From NCBI GenBank assembly GCA_964408955.1, contig CAYPBK010000004.1:31279-95278 (forward strand): 64,000 nucleotides of DNA. The letters are read 5' to 3'. This document shows, in pieces, positions 28,839 to 38,538 of this stretch (its first letter is position 1; every line of letters begins with the position of its first letter). Position numbers and translations under genes: made by a program. Source of the DNA: an uncultured Clostridiaceae bacterium. Lineage in GTDB: Bacteria; Bacillota; Clostridia; Lutisporales; Lutisporaceae. Under the pieces are notes generated by a model. It saw only the letters and a list, made by a program, of their open reading frames with translations. It was not told the origin of the DNA and ran no database searches.

Positions 28839-30059
28839 TTAAGAACCTAACTTAAGAAGCTTTAGAGCCAAAAAAAGCTTAAAGCCGTCTGTAAAACGAT
28901 TAGCATCATATCCGGTTATGTCCTTAACTTTATTCAATCGAAATAAAACTGTATTCCGATGCACAAAAAGGCTTTTTGCTGTTTTTGAAACATCCATATC
29001 TTTACTAAAAAAGGTTTCCAAGGTATTTAATAGCTCTACTTTATAGGAATTAAAAGGTTTATTTATTAAATCAGATAGAATTTGTGAACTAAAGGACTTA
29101 TTTAGATTTTTTGGTATATGGGTTAAACTATATTCGAACTGTATGTCTTTGAAGAAGTATATATTTTCCTTCGGGAAAAATATTTGTCCAATTATTAGAG
29201 ATAATTCACCCTCTTTATAGGAAAGAGGATAATCCCGCCAATCTGAATAAGCTTCACTGATACCAATAAATACATCTCCTTCGACCTTCTGCTTAACAAT
29301 GTTTATTATGCTTTTCACAAAGTCGTTTATTGAAGAATCCTTTTCTTGTACAGGATTTTTATATTCATCCTGTACAAGTATTACTAAAGATTCATTATCA
29401 AAAAAATCCATTATGACCTCATTTTTTATATTTAATTTAAATCTTAATTCTTTTATCAGCTCATCCTCATATTTCTGAATTATCATTAAATTATTTGCTA
29501 TATCTTCATAATTTTTATTACGTTGATGCTTATTATTGTATTTGTGTATGTCCATTTTCACAACGATAGCTGCACGGGAAAGGCTTAAATCGAAACCAAG
29601 CATGCGACCACGCTGCACAAATATGTTTTCATCATTGCCATGATTACCAGACAATAAATCATGAAAGAAACTTCTTCTTGCAGTTTTTTGAAGATATATT
29701 TCATCCTTAAGTGAAGCCTGCTCCAACATAAGCTCTGCTGTATAACGGACTAGTTCACCATAGCTTCTTATATCTTCCGGTTCACCAGTAATTCCTATAA
29801 CTCCGACGATACGGGATTCAAAGGTTATGGGCAAGCTTATTCCGGGGTGGACTCCTTCCAAGGTTTCGGCTTCTTTTATAGTAACTTCAGCTTTTTCTCC
29901 ACTTTTTATTACCTTTTCGGCGCCTTCATGAAAAGTACCAATCCTTTTTTTATTGCCGCTTGCAATTATGTATCCCTTTTCATTCATTATGTTGATATTT
30001 CTATTTATTATTAACATAGTTCTATCAACTATAGCTTGGGCAAGTTCAGAATTAATCAT
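28839..30059 (-). CDS. CdaR/PucR-family transcriptional regulator (sugar-diacid-recognition N-domain, PucR C-terminal HTH)
   Basis: The N-terminus LAQAIVDRTMLIINRNINIMNEKGYIIASG..RIGTFHEGA matches the Diacid_rec domain. The C-terminus contains TAKSLFVHRNTVLFRLNKVKDITG. Confidence 0.8.
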   Translation of the reverse strand: MINSELAQAIVDRTMLIINRNINIMNEKGYIIASGNKKRIGTFHEGAEKVIKSGEKAEVTIKEAETLEGVHPGISLPITFESRIVGVIGITGEPEDIRSYGELVRYTAELMLEQASLKDEIYLQKTARRSFFHDLLSGNHGNDENIFVQRGRMLGFDLSLSRAAIVVKMDIHKYNNKHQRNKNYEDIANNLMIIQKYEDELIKELRFKLNIKNEVIMDFFDNESLVILVQDEYKNPVQEKDSSINDFVKSIINIVKQKVEGDVFIGISEAYSDWRDYPLSYKEGELSLIIGQIFFPKENIYFFKDIQFEYSLTHIPKNLNKSFSSQILSDLINKPFNSYKVELLNTLETFFSKDMDVSKTAKSLFVHRNTVLFRLNKVKDITGYDANRFTDGFKLFLALKLLKLGS

Positions 30060-30176
30060 TGATTCACCTCTAAAAATATATTTCGTGACACACAGATAAA
30101 ATCAACAGTGATTATATGTTGAATAAAATGATATCAATAAACAAAACAAAAAACAATAAACACAAATAAAGCTATA

Positions 30177-30551
30177 TTAATTGCTTCTTATAAAATCAAT
30201 AAATATAGCGCCTTTATATGTTAAAAGTCCCTTTTCTCCCTCCGAGTAAAAATTGTAATAATAGTTATCAACTAATAGCTCAAAGGTTTCTCCGTTTTTA
30301 GTCTGGAAAGTGAGATAATTGTTCAGAAAGTCATTATTATTGTTATCAAAGGAATAAACTCTTTTTGCAATTATTGTTGCATTTATAGTTTTCTCTTTTT
30401 TAAATATACTAAAAGCGTTTTTAATCATCAGCTTTAAAACAGGTAAAAGTATAGATATCGTTATATTGATAATAAATGCAAATACCATAATTATTACGAT
30501 ATATAAAACTATTTTTAAAATTAAAGGTGATGACATAATAACCGACCTCAA
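30177..30551 (-). CDS. Small membrane-anchored protein (DUF2500-like)
   Basis: An N-terminal TM segment is followed by a beta-rich domain (ATIIAKRV...YLTFQTKNGETFELLV...GLLTYKGAIF) resembling DUF2500 from memory. Confidence 0.45.
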   Translation of the reverse strand: MRSVIMSSPLILKIVLYIVIIMVFAFIINITISILLPVLKLMIKNAFSIFKKEKTINATIIAKRVYSFDNNNNDFLNNYLTFQTKNGETFELLVDNYYYNFYSEGEKGLLTYKGAIFIDFIRSN

Positions 30552-30928
30552 CAGTTTATAAGATTAATTTTGCTTAAATTATAACATAATTCCCATAAAG
30601 TTTTTTATACCGGTGAATAAAGAAAAAATGGGAAAAGTCTTTAAATTATATAATTAGAATTATAATTCCCCCGTCCTGCATGTTAAATATGCGGGATTTT
30701 TATTATAAAACAAAAGAACACATAGATTCGTAATAAATTAGAAAAACTTAAAAAATTGCACATAGAAAAATGTCATATTAAGTAGAACGAAATATTGAAA
30801 CATTATTTAGTAATATACGTCTATATAATGGTAAAATAATCTATGATAGTTACATTCTTATTACAATGGTGGGATTATGTAATAAACCACTATGTTTACA
30901 GTATAAATAACGAGAGGAGGTTTTAATA

Positions 30929-33900
30929 ATGAAAAGAACAATAGCATTAATTTTATCCTTTACCTTAGTTATAACAGGGCTTCTAGCTTCTCCTATTTAT
31001 GCAGCATCTATTAAAGTGAGTGAGGAAGCAAGAGCTCTTGAAACCATAGGTATGCTGGAGGGGGATGGGAGCGGAGTTACATCGGAGTATATGGGAAAAA
31101 GGATGCACCGGTTTACAGCCGCGATATCTATACTTAAGCTCAGGGGGCTTTATGATGAAGCCTTAAAATATACAAAGACAGGAAACTTTAAGGATATAGG
31201 TGTGGTTGAATGGAAAGAAGGAAGAAATATACTTGCTTATTTAAAAGCAAATCCCGATTTAGGATTTATAGGTAATGAAAAAGGTGAGTTTTTACCATAT
31301 AAAGATATAAGTGAGCAGGAATATTTTAAAGTACTTCTTGAAACCTTAGGCTATAAACAAAAAGTAAGCGGAAAATCCGGGGACTTTAGCTGGGGTGAAA
31401 CTCTTGATTATGCAAAAAACAAAGGCTTAAAACCATCTTATAAATCTGATTTTAATATTGATCTGCTTGCAAAGGCAACAGTATCCGCATTAAATGCTAA
31501 AACAAAGGCAGGTAAGGTCTACATTGTTATACTTGTAGATAGTGGTAAAGTTAAAAAATCAAAAGCAGTTTCTGCCGGATTTATTAAAGAAGAGCTTAAT
31601 GCTACGGTAAAAAGTGCAAAGGCCATCGGCAATACGGTAGTTGAAGTGAAATTCAAAGAAAATATCAGCAAATATGATGCTGAATATACCGGTAACTATT
31701 CCATAGACGGATTGTCTATAAAAGAAGCTATTTATACCGGCGATAATACAGTAAGACTGACTACATCATCTCAAAGCAATGGGAGGCAATATACGCTATA
31801 TGCGGGAGGTAGCAAAATTAGATTTACCGGGATATCAAAAATCTCAGGCGCTCCAAATATTAAAACAGTAAAAAGCGAGGATGATGAATCTGTAGTAGTC
31901 GAATTCGATAAAGAGCTGGACTACGATAGCGCTATGAATTCAAATAACTATACTATAGCCGGAGTAGATGTGGAAAAGGCTGTATTAACAGGTAAAAAGG
32001 TGGAACTGTCTACCTATGGACTGACATCTAGAAAACAATATACTTTAAAGGTTACGAACATGAAGTCTGTGGATGGGGCAGTACTAAAATCTCAATCTAA
32101 AACTTTTTCTAACAGACCGGACACTACACCGCCCTCTGTAAAAGAGGTTATAGCGGAGACGAATGAAAGAGTAATAGTTATTTTTTCCGAAGGGGTATCA
32201 AAGGATACAGCCGAGGATTTATATAATTACACTATAGAAAGCAACAACGGGGAATTGGATATTTATGAGGCAATACTATTTGGTGATGATGAGGATAGAG
32301 TTGAATTAGTGACGGAGCCTCAAAAAGCATCTGCTAAGTATGAGATTACAATAGAAAACATAGAGGATAAAACCAAAGTCGGTAATGTTATGAAAAAGGC
32401 CATAAAGAAAACATTTGTAGGAGCCAAAGAGGATAATACAGCACCATCTTTATCTAAAAATGATATTAAAATACTATCAAAAAACCGCATACAAGTAGCA
32501 TTTACTGATAATAGCAGGATGGACGAGGATACTGTATTAGATGCAGGTAATTATGAGCTGATAAAGAATGACAGATGGAAAGATGAAATATATGTAGACA
32601 ACGTAGAAAAGATATCCTTCGAAAGCGGTAAGTACAAGGTCGCTCTAGAAGTAGATGACTTGGAATCAAATATGAGCTACACTTTAAAGGTTTATAATAT
32701 TGCGGATGAATTCGGCAATGTTTTGGAGAAAAACAATACGGCTACTATTTCCATATCCAAAGAGGATTTGGCTCCGGCAAAATATAAATCACATAAAATG
32801 ACTAAGCTTGATGAAATAGAAATCGTATTTACAAAACCTCTGGATAAAGAGTCTGCTGAGGATGTATATAATTATTCAATTAACAATTACATTGGATATC
32901 CTTCAAAAGCCGTTTATAAGGATGAAAAAGTAATTCTAACCACGGCGAAAATGACTGAAGGCAAAACATACAGATTAACTATTGATGGTGTTGAGGACCA
33001 ATCAGGCAATGTGATAAGGCAAAATATTGATTTTAAAGCCGTTGCAGAGGTAAAAAGTGAAGTCGGTCCGGTGCTGGTGCATCTTACTTCTTTAAATAAA
33101 TATGTGGCAGCCGCAGTATTCGACAAGCCTGTAAGCTATACTTCAGACGGCTCTGATAGAACTATACTGATACTAAAAACAGGTTACACGGAGATTAAGT
33201 TGTATGCAAAAGCCACTTCTACCGATGAAAAAACCATTGAATTTTCAGACATAGAAGGAAGAAAGATTTTATCGGATTATGCTTATTACTCTATAGATGA
33301 GGATAAATCCCTTAGAGGAATAACAGACAAAACCGCAAATAAAAATAAATACGACAATTCAGTATTAAAGAACTATTATATTACAGTTCCCGGTAACAGC
33401 AGTGAGCCAGAGGCTTTAGAGGTTAAAGATATAACTCAGACAGATAACAGAACTTTTAAAGTTACTATGTCAAGAGAAGTGGTTATAAAAAGGAACACAG
33501 CAGAATCTTCACCTTATGCAATCTTTGCCGCGGGAGCCACTAATGATAAAAAGGTGGTTACATTTACAATAACGCCGGGATATATTAACGGCGGTACGGA
33601 TTACAAAATAGATTTAAGCAAAGTGTTAGAGGATAGACATGGTTTAAAATCAGAAAACACCGGAAAGGACTATACAACTTTTTATAGTGAAAATAAGGAC
33701 TATATTAAGCCTTTCATCAGGGGCGTAAGAGCTTTGGACGCCAATACTGTGGAAATAGAATATAATGAAGATATGGGTTATAGCGGTAAGTATACTATAA
33801 AGAATACGGACCCCTATGTCATCTATAACACTATTTTAACCTCATTGAAAAAAATTGATGGGAAGAAAGTGATATTATCGCTGAACATTCCTTTAGAGAA

Positions 33901-35356
33901 AAAATATCGATATAGCCTATTCATAGACGAGCAAGGGAAGGATTTAGCAGGAAACCCCAGCCTTGATTTGGTAGGAGATAAGTTTTTTATAGATGACACT
34001 GATGCAGGCTCTTTGAGTTTGCTGGATTATAAAGAGGCGGAAGCTTTAGTTGTAAAACTGGAAAATGCAGTAGTAACTCTAAATAATACTGAGCAAATAA
34101 ATACAGCAAAATCACATTTAAATAATGCCAATAAAAAAACTGCCTCGGTAAGTGATGCTAATTTAAAGAAAGATCTTAACAATAGAATTACTATAGCGGG
34201 CAGCAAAATTCAAACGGCCGAAGATAAGCTGGCAGCCAACGGCGTAATAACTAAAATAGATCTGCTTCCAAGCTATGCTAACTTGACCTTAGAACACAAG
34301 GGTATAGTAGAGGCTGCACGAAAAGCATACAATGACTTAACAAAGGCTCAAAAAGACTTAGTGACAAACTATAGTAAGTTGACGGGTGCAGAAGAAAGAA
34401 TAGCGGGCTTGATTACAGAGCAGGAGGAAAAGGAGCAAGAAAAGAAGAAGAAAGAAGCTGAGGAACAGGCAAAGCTTGCAACTGCAAAGGCGGCAGTGGA
34501 GGCCTTAGAAAATGCAGGAGAAAGTGCGTCCGGTAAGGCAACTGCTTTCCTTAACAAAGTAGAAGAAATGAATTTGGCATTAAACGCTTATATATCCTAT
34601 GTTCCATCTGATGGGCTGCTATATGCAGCAACACTTAGAGATACATTAGAAATGGAAGAAGGTAAAGCAATTAATGCAATTGCGGGTGCTGCAGCTTTGG
34701 TAAATGAGCTCGATTTGTTTATTGATACTTTGTCTGGGAAAATAGCAGCTGCGGAGGAAGCTTGTAAAAGCTTAGGCGAAGGAGATGCAAAAGTAATTCT
34801 ATCAGGCAGAACCCAAGCTGTAAAGTCTAAAATAGACGGTAATATCAAAGCTATAGGGGAAGCAAAGGAAAAAATAAAGAATGCAAAAATAGAAGCGGCA
34901 AAAAAATGGCTTAATGCGGGTATGCTGCCCTTTAACAAGACTGATAAAGCCGATAGTGATGCTCCGTTAATATTGCCCTTGGAAAACCATAAAGCCGGTG
35001 CAAGCTTTTACTACAAGGAAATAGGAAGTATAGTGGATGGTAGATTTGTTAAAGCCCAGGATGGTATGCAGAGATTCCATAATACTTTTAACAGTCTTGA
35101 TAAGGCAAACTTGCAGTTTGTTGATGAAATAAAAGGTGATAAAACTGTAAGAAGTATTAAAGTAAATAGAGGAGCAGAGCTTGCTGCCGTTGCTGTAAAG
35201 GTTGAGATAATAAGCGAGAATAAAACCACCTATAAAATATTCAATATCACAATACCTCCAAAAGCTATTGATACGACAGGCAATACGCCTGTAACAATAA
35301 CGGAGGTACAGGAAAGAACTATTACACAACAACAAAAAAGCTTTGGCTTTAGATAA
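30929..35356 (+). CDS. Giant surface (S-layer-associated) protein: signal peptide, SLH-like N-terminal repeats, many Ig-like (SbsA_Ig/Big-type) domains and a C-terminal coiled-coil region
   Basis: Signal peptide ending PIYAAS. SLH-like segment FKDIGVVEWKEG..L..GFIGNEKGEFLPYKDISEQEYFKVL. Repeated NY(T/S)I...V units. Ala/Lys/Glu-rich coiled coil at ~34.0-34.9 kb. Confidence 0.7.
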   Translation: MKRTIALILSFTLVITGLLASPIYAASIKVSEEARALETIGMLEGDGSGVTSEYMGKRMHRFTAAISILKLRGLYDEALKYTKTGNFKDIGVVEWKEGRNILAYLKANPDLGFIGNEKGEFLPYKDISEQEYFKVLLETLGYKQKVSGKSGDFSWGETLDYAKNKGLKPSYKSDFNIDLLAKATVSALNAKTKAGKVYIVILVDSGKVKKSKAVSAGFIKEELNATVKSAKAIGNTVVEVKFKENISKYDAEYTGNYSIDGLSIKEAIYTGDNTVRLTTSSQSNGRQYTLYAGGSKIRFTGISKISGAPNIKTVKSEDDESVVVEFDKELDYDSAMNSNNYTIAGVDVEKAVLTGKKVELSTYGLTSRKQYTLKVTNMKSVDGAVLKSQSKTFSNRPDTTPPSVKEVIAETNERVIVIFSEGVSKDTAEDLYNYTIESNNGELDIYEAILFGDDEDRVELVTEPQKASAKYEITIENIEDKTKVGNVMKKAIKKTFVGAKEDNTAPSLSKNDIKILSKNRIQVAFTDNSRMDEDTVLDAGNYELIKNDRWKDEIYVDNVEKISFESGKYKVALEVDDLESNMSYTLKVYNIADEFGNVLEKNNTATISISKEDLAPAKYKSHKMTKLDEIEIVFTKPLDKESAEDVYNYSINNYIGYPSKAVYKDEKVILTTAKMTEGKTYRLTIDGVEDQSGNVIRQNIDFKAVAEVKSEVGPVLVHLTSLNKYVAAAVFDKPVSYTSDGSDRTILILKTGYTEIKLYAKATSTDEKTIEFSDIEGRKILSDYAYYSIDEDKSLRGITDKTANKNKYDNSVLKNYYITVPGNSSEPEALEVKDITQTDNRTFKVTMSREVVIKRNTAESSPYAIFAAGATNDKKVVTFTITPGYINGGTDYKIDLSKVLEDRHGLKSENTGKDYTTFYSENKDYIKPFIRGVRALDANTVEIEYNEDMGYSGKYTIKNTDPYVIYNTILTSLKKIDGKKVILSLNIPLEKKYRYSLFIDEQGKDLAGNPSLDLVGDKFFIDDTDAGSLSLLDYKEAEALVVKLENAVVTLNNTEQINTAKSHLNNANKKTASVSDANLKKDLNNRITIAGSKIQTAEDKLAANGVITKIDLLPSYANLTLEHKGIVEAARKAYNDLTKAQKDLVTNYSKLTGAEERIAGLITEQEEKEQEKKKKEAEEQAKLATAKAAVEALENAGESASGKATAFLNKVEEMNLALNAYISYVPSDGLLYAATLRDTLEMEEGKAINAIAGAAALVNELDLFIDTLSGKIAAAEEACKSLGEGDAKVILSGRTQAVKSKIDGNIKAIGEAKEKIKNAKIEAAKKWLNAGMLPFNKTDKADSDAPLILPLENHKAGASFYYKEIGSIVDGRFVKAQDGMQRFHNTFNSLDKANLQFVDEIKGDKTVRSIKVNRGAELAAVAVKVEIISENKTTYKIFNITIPPKAIDTTGNTPVTITEVQERTITQQQKSFGFR

Positions 35357-35373
35357 AACTTAAAGATAAAAAA

Positions 35374-35409
35374 ACTGCCTGCTCCTTATTAGGGGCAGGC
35401 AGTTTTTTA
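35374..35409. terminator. Bidirectional terminator between convergent genes
   Basis: ACTGCCTGCTCC (35374-35385) pairs with GGGGCAGGCAGT (35392-35403), with an A-run before and T6 after. Confidence 0.85.
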
Positions 35410-35415
35410 ATAAAA

Positions 35416-37563
35416 TTATAAATTTTCTAGTTTTGGGAAGGACACCGTCAGCTTAAACAAATCACCATCCACGGATACCGAGAGGCTTCCTTTTTGCAGT
35501 TCTGTAAGACTTCTGGCTATTGCCAGACCAAGCCCTGAGCCATCAGTGTTTCTCGAGGCATCACCCCTGGTAAATCTATCTGTAATATCCTTGGAATCAA
35601 AATTCATCTCATAGGCTGCAATATTTCTAAATACAAGACTGATGCTATCCTCCTTTTCCTCACCATCGATATAGACTCTGGAGTTTGGCATAGAGTATTT
35701 AAAAATATTGCTCATAATGTTTTCAAAGATTCTGTAGGTCCTCCTCCCATCAAGCTCACAAATCACTTTATGCTCCGGTAGATTGATTCGCATTATAAGA
35801 CCACTTTCCAGTATCTTTTCCTCCAACTCTCCCAAAGTTTGACGGAGTAAGGCTACCACATCCAGCTTTTCTAGGTATAAATCTATATTACCGCTGTTTG
35901 CTTTGCTGATGTCAAATAAGTCATCTATAAGGGCTTTTAACCTTATAGATTTTTTATCCAGCACGTCTAGGTATTCTGCCCTTGTTTCATCGTCCAAAGC
36001 ATTAGTTTTTAAAAGATCTATATAAGTGATTATGGAAGTCAAAGGTGTTTTTAAATCATGAGATACATTTGATATAAGCTCAGTTTTCATGCTTTGGCTT
36101 TTAACCTCTTTATCAACGGCTATTTGAAATCCTTCTTTAATCATATTAAGATTTTTAGAAAAGGGGCTTAGTATTCCCATATCCTCAGGCAGAACAGTAT
36201 TAAAATTGCCTTTGGATAGCTCCTCACTAGTTTTATTTAAAATCCTTAACTTTTCTAAAACTTTTATTGAGTATTTGAATAATACAATTGAATATATCAG
36301 GGCAAAAATTCGCCCAAGGTGAAAAGTGAAAGATATTATTACTAAGGCTAAAAAGTTTATTCCTAATAGCATTATGAGCTTTTCTCTGAATTTATTTTTA
36401 TCATCAATTTCTATAAGCGTAATTGCAGTATCTTTAATAGTTTTGGCTATATAAGCAAACAAATTTCCCAGTACAGTTCTTTTTAACAATCCTTCAACAA
36501 TTCCCACATGATAGATATATTTTATATTACAGACCGTAAGGTAAATGAAATAGTATAATATGAAAGTAATAGGAACGCCTAAAGCATAGAATTGCCAGCC
36601 GGCGTCATATACTATTGCAGCTAAATCGCAGTCTGAATTTCTGTAAAAATTAAAATTAACAACATGTACAATAGCAAAATCAAGCATCAGGATGGCGAAC
36701 CAGAGTAGAAGCTTAAACTCCAGATATATTTTATTATAGAAATTTACTATGCTGACTTCCCTATGCTTCTTAAAGGGTATCGCAAAAGCTATGATAATCA
36801 ATGTCAGTATACTTATTCCTCCGATAAGAAGAATGAGGATAAGTAATCTTTCCAAATACGCGTTTTTCATATCGCTTATAAGGAGATCATTTTCGGCAGA
36901 CAGCTTTTCCGGAACAATAAAAATGATTTCCAAATTAGCAAAACGACTTTCTTCATTTTCATAGGAGTTTACCAGAGCGTTCACAAAGCTTTCCTTATGA
37001 AAGCTTGTGGCGATTAAATCCGTTATTGTCACTCTACCTTCCTCATCAATAGCCCCATGGAGATAAAATCTGCTGCCCGTTCTCTCCTTTTCCAGTCTGA
37101 ATTCGTTAAAATCCTTAATATTGCTGGTCCATTCTCCTGTATTTGTATTTCTGATGTAATACTTTATATTTTGCATTTCGTCATAGGCACTGTCGTAATA
37201 GCGACTATCCGCCGAAAGCTTATTGTAGGAGACATATCCGGTTATATTCGCCAAGGAATAGGCAAATTTATGGCTTTCCAAGTATTCTGTAATTCCATTG
37301 TTTTTAAAAATGATATTCTTAAGAGGCGAGTAAACACCAACGGAAACAACGGTAAAAACTAAAATCATCAAAGTAATCATGAGATTACCGGAAAACGACT
37401 TTTTATTTTTATTATCAGCTTTTATAGTCTTGTCTGCTTCGGTTATTACTTGATCCTCATCAATTACAGCATCTCCGTCATTCACACTATCCTCTTTATA
37501 TTCAGTATTGTTCTCATCATTTATATCAGTGATTTCATCATTATTTTTCAAATTTGTATCCAA
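35416..37563 (-). CDS. Sensor histidine kinase (multi-TM, HisKA + HATPase_c)
   Basis: SHDLKTPLTSI H-box. N, G1 and G2 boxes (NIFKYS, DGSGLGLAIA). Acidic N-terminal tail and several TM helices. Confidence 0.85.
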   Translation of the reverse strand: MDTNLKNNDEITDINDENNTEYKEDSVNDGDAVIDEDQVITEADKTIKADNKNKKSFSGNLMITLMILVFTVVSVGVYSPLKNIIFKNNGITEYLESHKFAYSLANITGYVSYNKLSADSRYYDSAYDEMQNIKYYIRNTNTGEWTSNIKDFNEFRLEKERTGSRFYLHGAIDEEGRVTITDLIATSFHKESFVNALVNSYENEESRFANLEIIFIVPEKLSAENDLLISDMKNAYLERLLILILLIGGISILTLIIIAFAIPFKKHREVSIVNFYNKIYLEFKLLLWFAILMLDFAIVHVVNFNFYRNSDCDLAAIVYDAGWQFYALGVPITFILYYFIYLTVCNIKYIYHVGIVEGLLKRTVLGNLFAYIAKTIKDTAITLIEIDDKNKFREKLIMLLGINFLALVIISFTFHLGRIFALIYSIVLFKYSIKVLEKLRILNKTSEELSKGNFNTVLPEDMGILSPFSKNLNMIKEGFQIAVDKEVKSQSMKTELISNVSHDLKTPLTSIITYIDLLKTNALDDETRAEYLDVLDKKSIRLKALIDDLFDISKANSGNIDLYLEKLDVVALLRQTLGELEEKILESGLIMRINLPEHKVICELDGRRTYRIFENIMSNIFKYSMPNSRVYIDGEEKEDSISLVFRNIAAYEMNFDSKDITDRFTRGDASRNTDGSGLGLAIARSLTELQKGSLSVSVDGDLFKLTVSFPKLENL

Positions 37564-38227
37564 TGCCCCACACCACCTTTAAATATTTTGGTTCCTTCGG
37601 ATTTATTTCAATTTTTTCACGGATTCGCCTTATATGTACTGTTACAGTATCAGGGTTATAAGCAGGCTCCTGCCAAACCTTTTCATATATTTCTTCAATT
37701 GAAAAAACTTGGTTTGGATTGTTCATAAAAAAATGAAGAATTTTGTATTCCAAAGGAGTAGTTTTTATAGGCTCTCCGTCAACAAGAACTTCTTTTTTAA
37801 TATCGTTAAGCTCAATTCCGCCGATTTTTATAATATTTTCCTCATTTATTGAGGTTCCGTTATAATTCACATACCTGCGCAGGGATGAATTTACTCTTGC
37901 TAAGAGCTCCAGGGGATTAAAAGGCTTAGTTATATAGTCATCCGCACCCATATTAAGCCCAAGTATTTTATCCGTGTCTTCTGATTTAGCCGTCAGGAAA
38001 ATAATAGGTACATTGCTGGTTTCCCTGAGCCTCATGGTAGCCTTGATACCATCCATACGGGGCATCATAATATCCATAAGAATCAGATGGATTTTTTCCC
38101 TTTCGAATATTTCCAGGGCTTCTTCGCCGTTATAAGCTTTATAGACATTGTAGTTTTGACTTTTTAAATAGACCTCTATGGCAGCTCCTATGTCTTTTTC
38201 ATCCTCTGCTATAAGAATATTGTACAT
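37541..38227 (-). CDS. OmpR-family response regulator
   Basis: Receiver domain (ILIAEDE, LILMDIMMPRMDG, LTAK) plus winged-helix domain (LEYKILHFFM..., VTVHIRRIREKI). The ATG at 38227 (MYNILIAED) is preferred over the track start at 38239. Confidence 0.85.
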   Translation of the reverse strand: MYNILIAEDEKDIGAAIEVYLKSQNYNVYKAYNGEEALEIFEREKIHLILMDIMMPRMDGIKATMRLRETSNVPIIFLTAKSEDTDKILGLNMGADDYITKPFNPLELLARVNSSLRRYVNYNGTSINEENIIKIGGIELNDIKKEVLVDGEPIKTTPLEYKILHFFMNNPNQVFSIEEIYEKVWQEPAYNPDTVTVHIRRIREKIEINPKEPKYLKVVWGIGYKFEK

Positions 38228-38330
38228 ATTAAAGCACACTCCCTGTTTTTATGAGATATCTCTATATTCAATAATAACACAGAGTTTCTAAGATTCTACT
38301 ATCATAATTATTAAGAATTTATTAAGATAT

Positions 38331-38358
38331 TTGGAATAATCGTTAGTTATGCTATAAT
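38331..38358 (+). promoter_or_regulatory. Sigma-A-type promoter for the small ORF
   Basis: TTGGAA (38331-38336), 16-nt spacer ending TGC, TATAAT (38353-38358). Confidence 0.55.
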
Positions 38359-38385
38359 TTAATCAGGATTATTGGAGGTGGCATA

Positions 38386-38481
38386 ATGATGAGTTTAAGC
38401 CTGGTCGCAATAATTGGATTATTGGCTTTATTCGGTGTGGTAGCATTGGTATTTGGATTTTTATTAAATAAAAGAAATTAA
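38386..38481 (+). CDS. Untracked 31-codon hydrophobic mini-protein (MMSLSLVAIIGLLALFGVVALVFGFLLNKRN)
   Basis: A GGAGGTG RBS lies 5-6 nt upstream. The product has a single TM helix with a basic C-terminus. It has its own promoter and a terminator directly after the stop. It is too short for the ORF track. Confidence 0.6.
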   Translation: MMSLSLVAIIGLLALFGVVALVFGFLLNKRN

Positions 38482-38512
38482 ATAAGTGCCATGGTATAGT
38501 CATGGCACTTAT
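38482..38512. terminator. Hairpin terminator shared by the mini-ORF (+) and ftsH (-)
   Basis: Stem ATAAGTGCCATG, loop GTATAGT, stem CATGGCACTTAT. Confidence 0.7.
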
Positions 38513-38538
38513 TAATAGCGCATGTATCGTCGCTAAAA

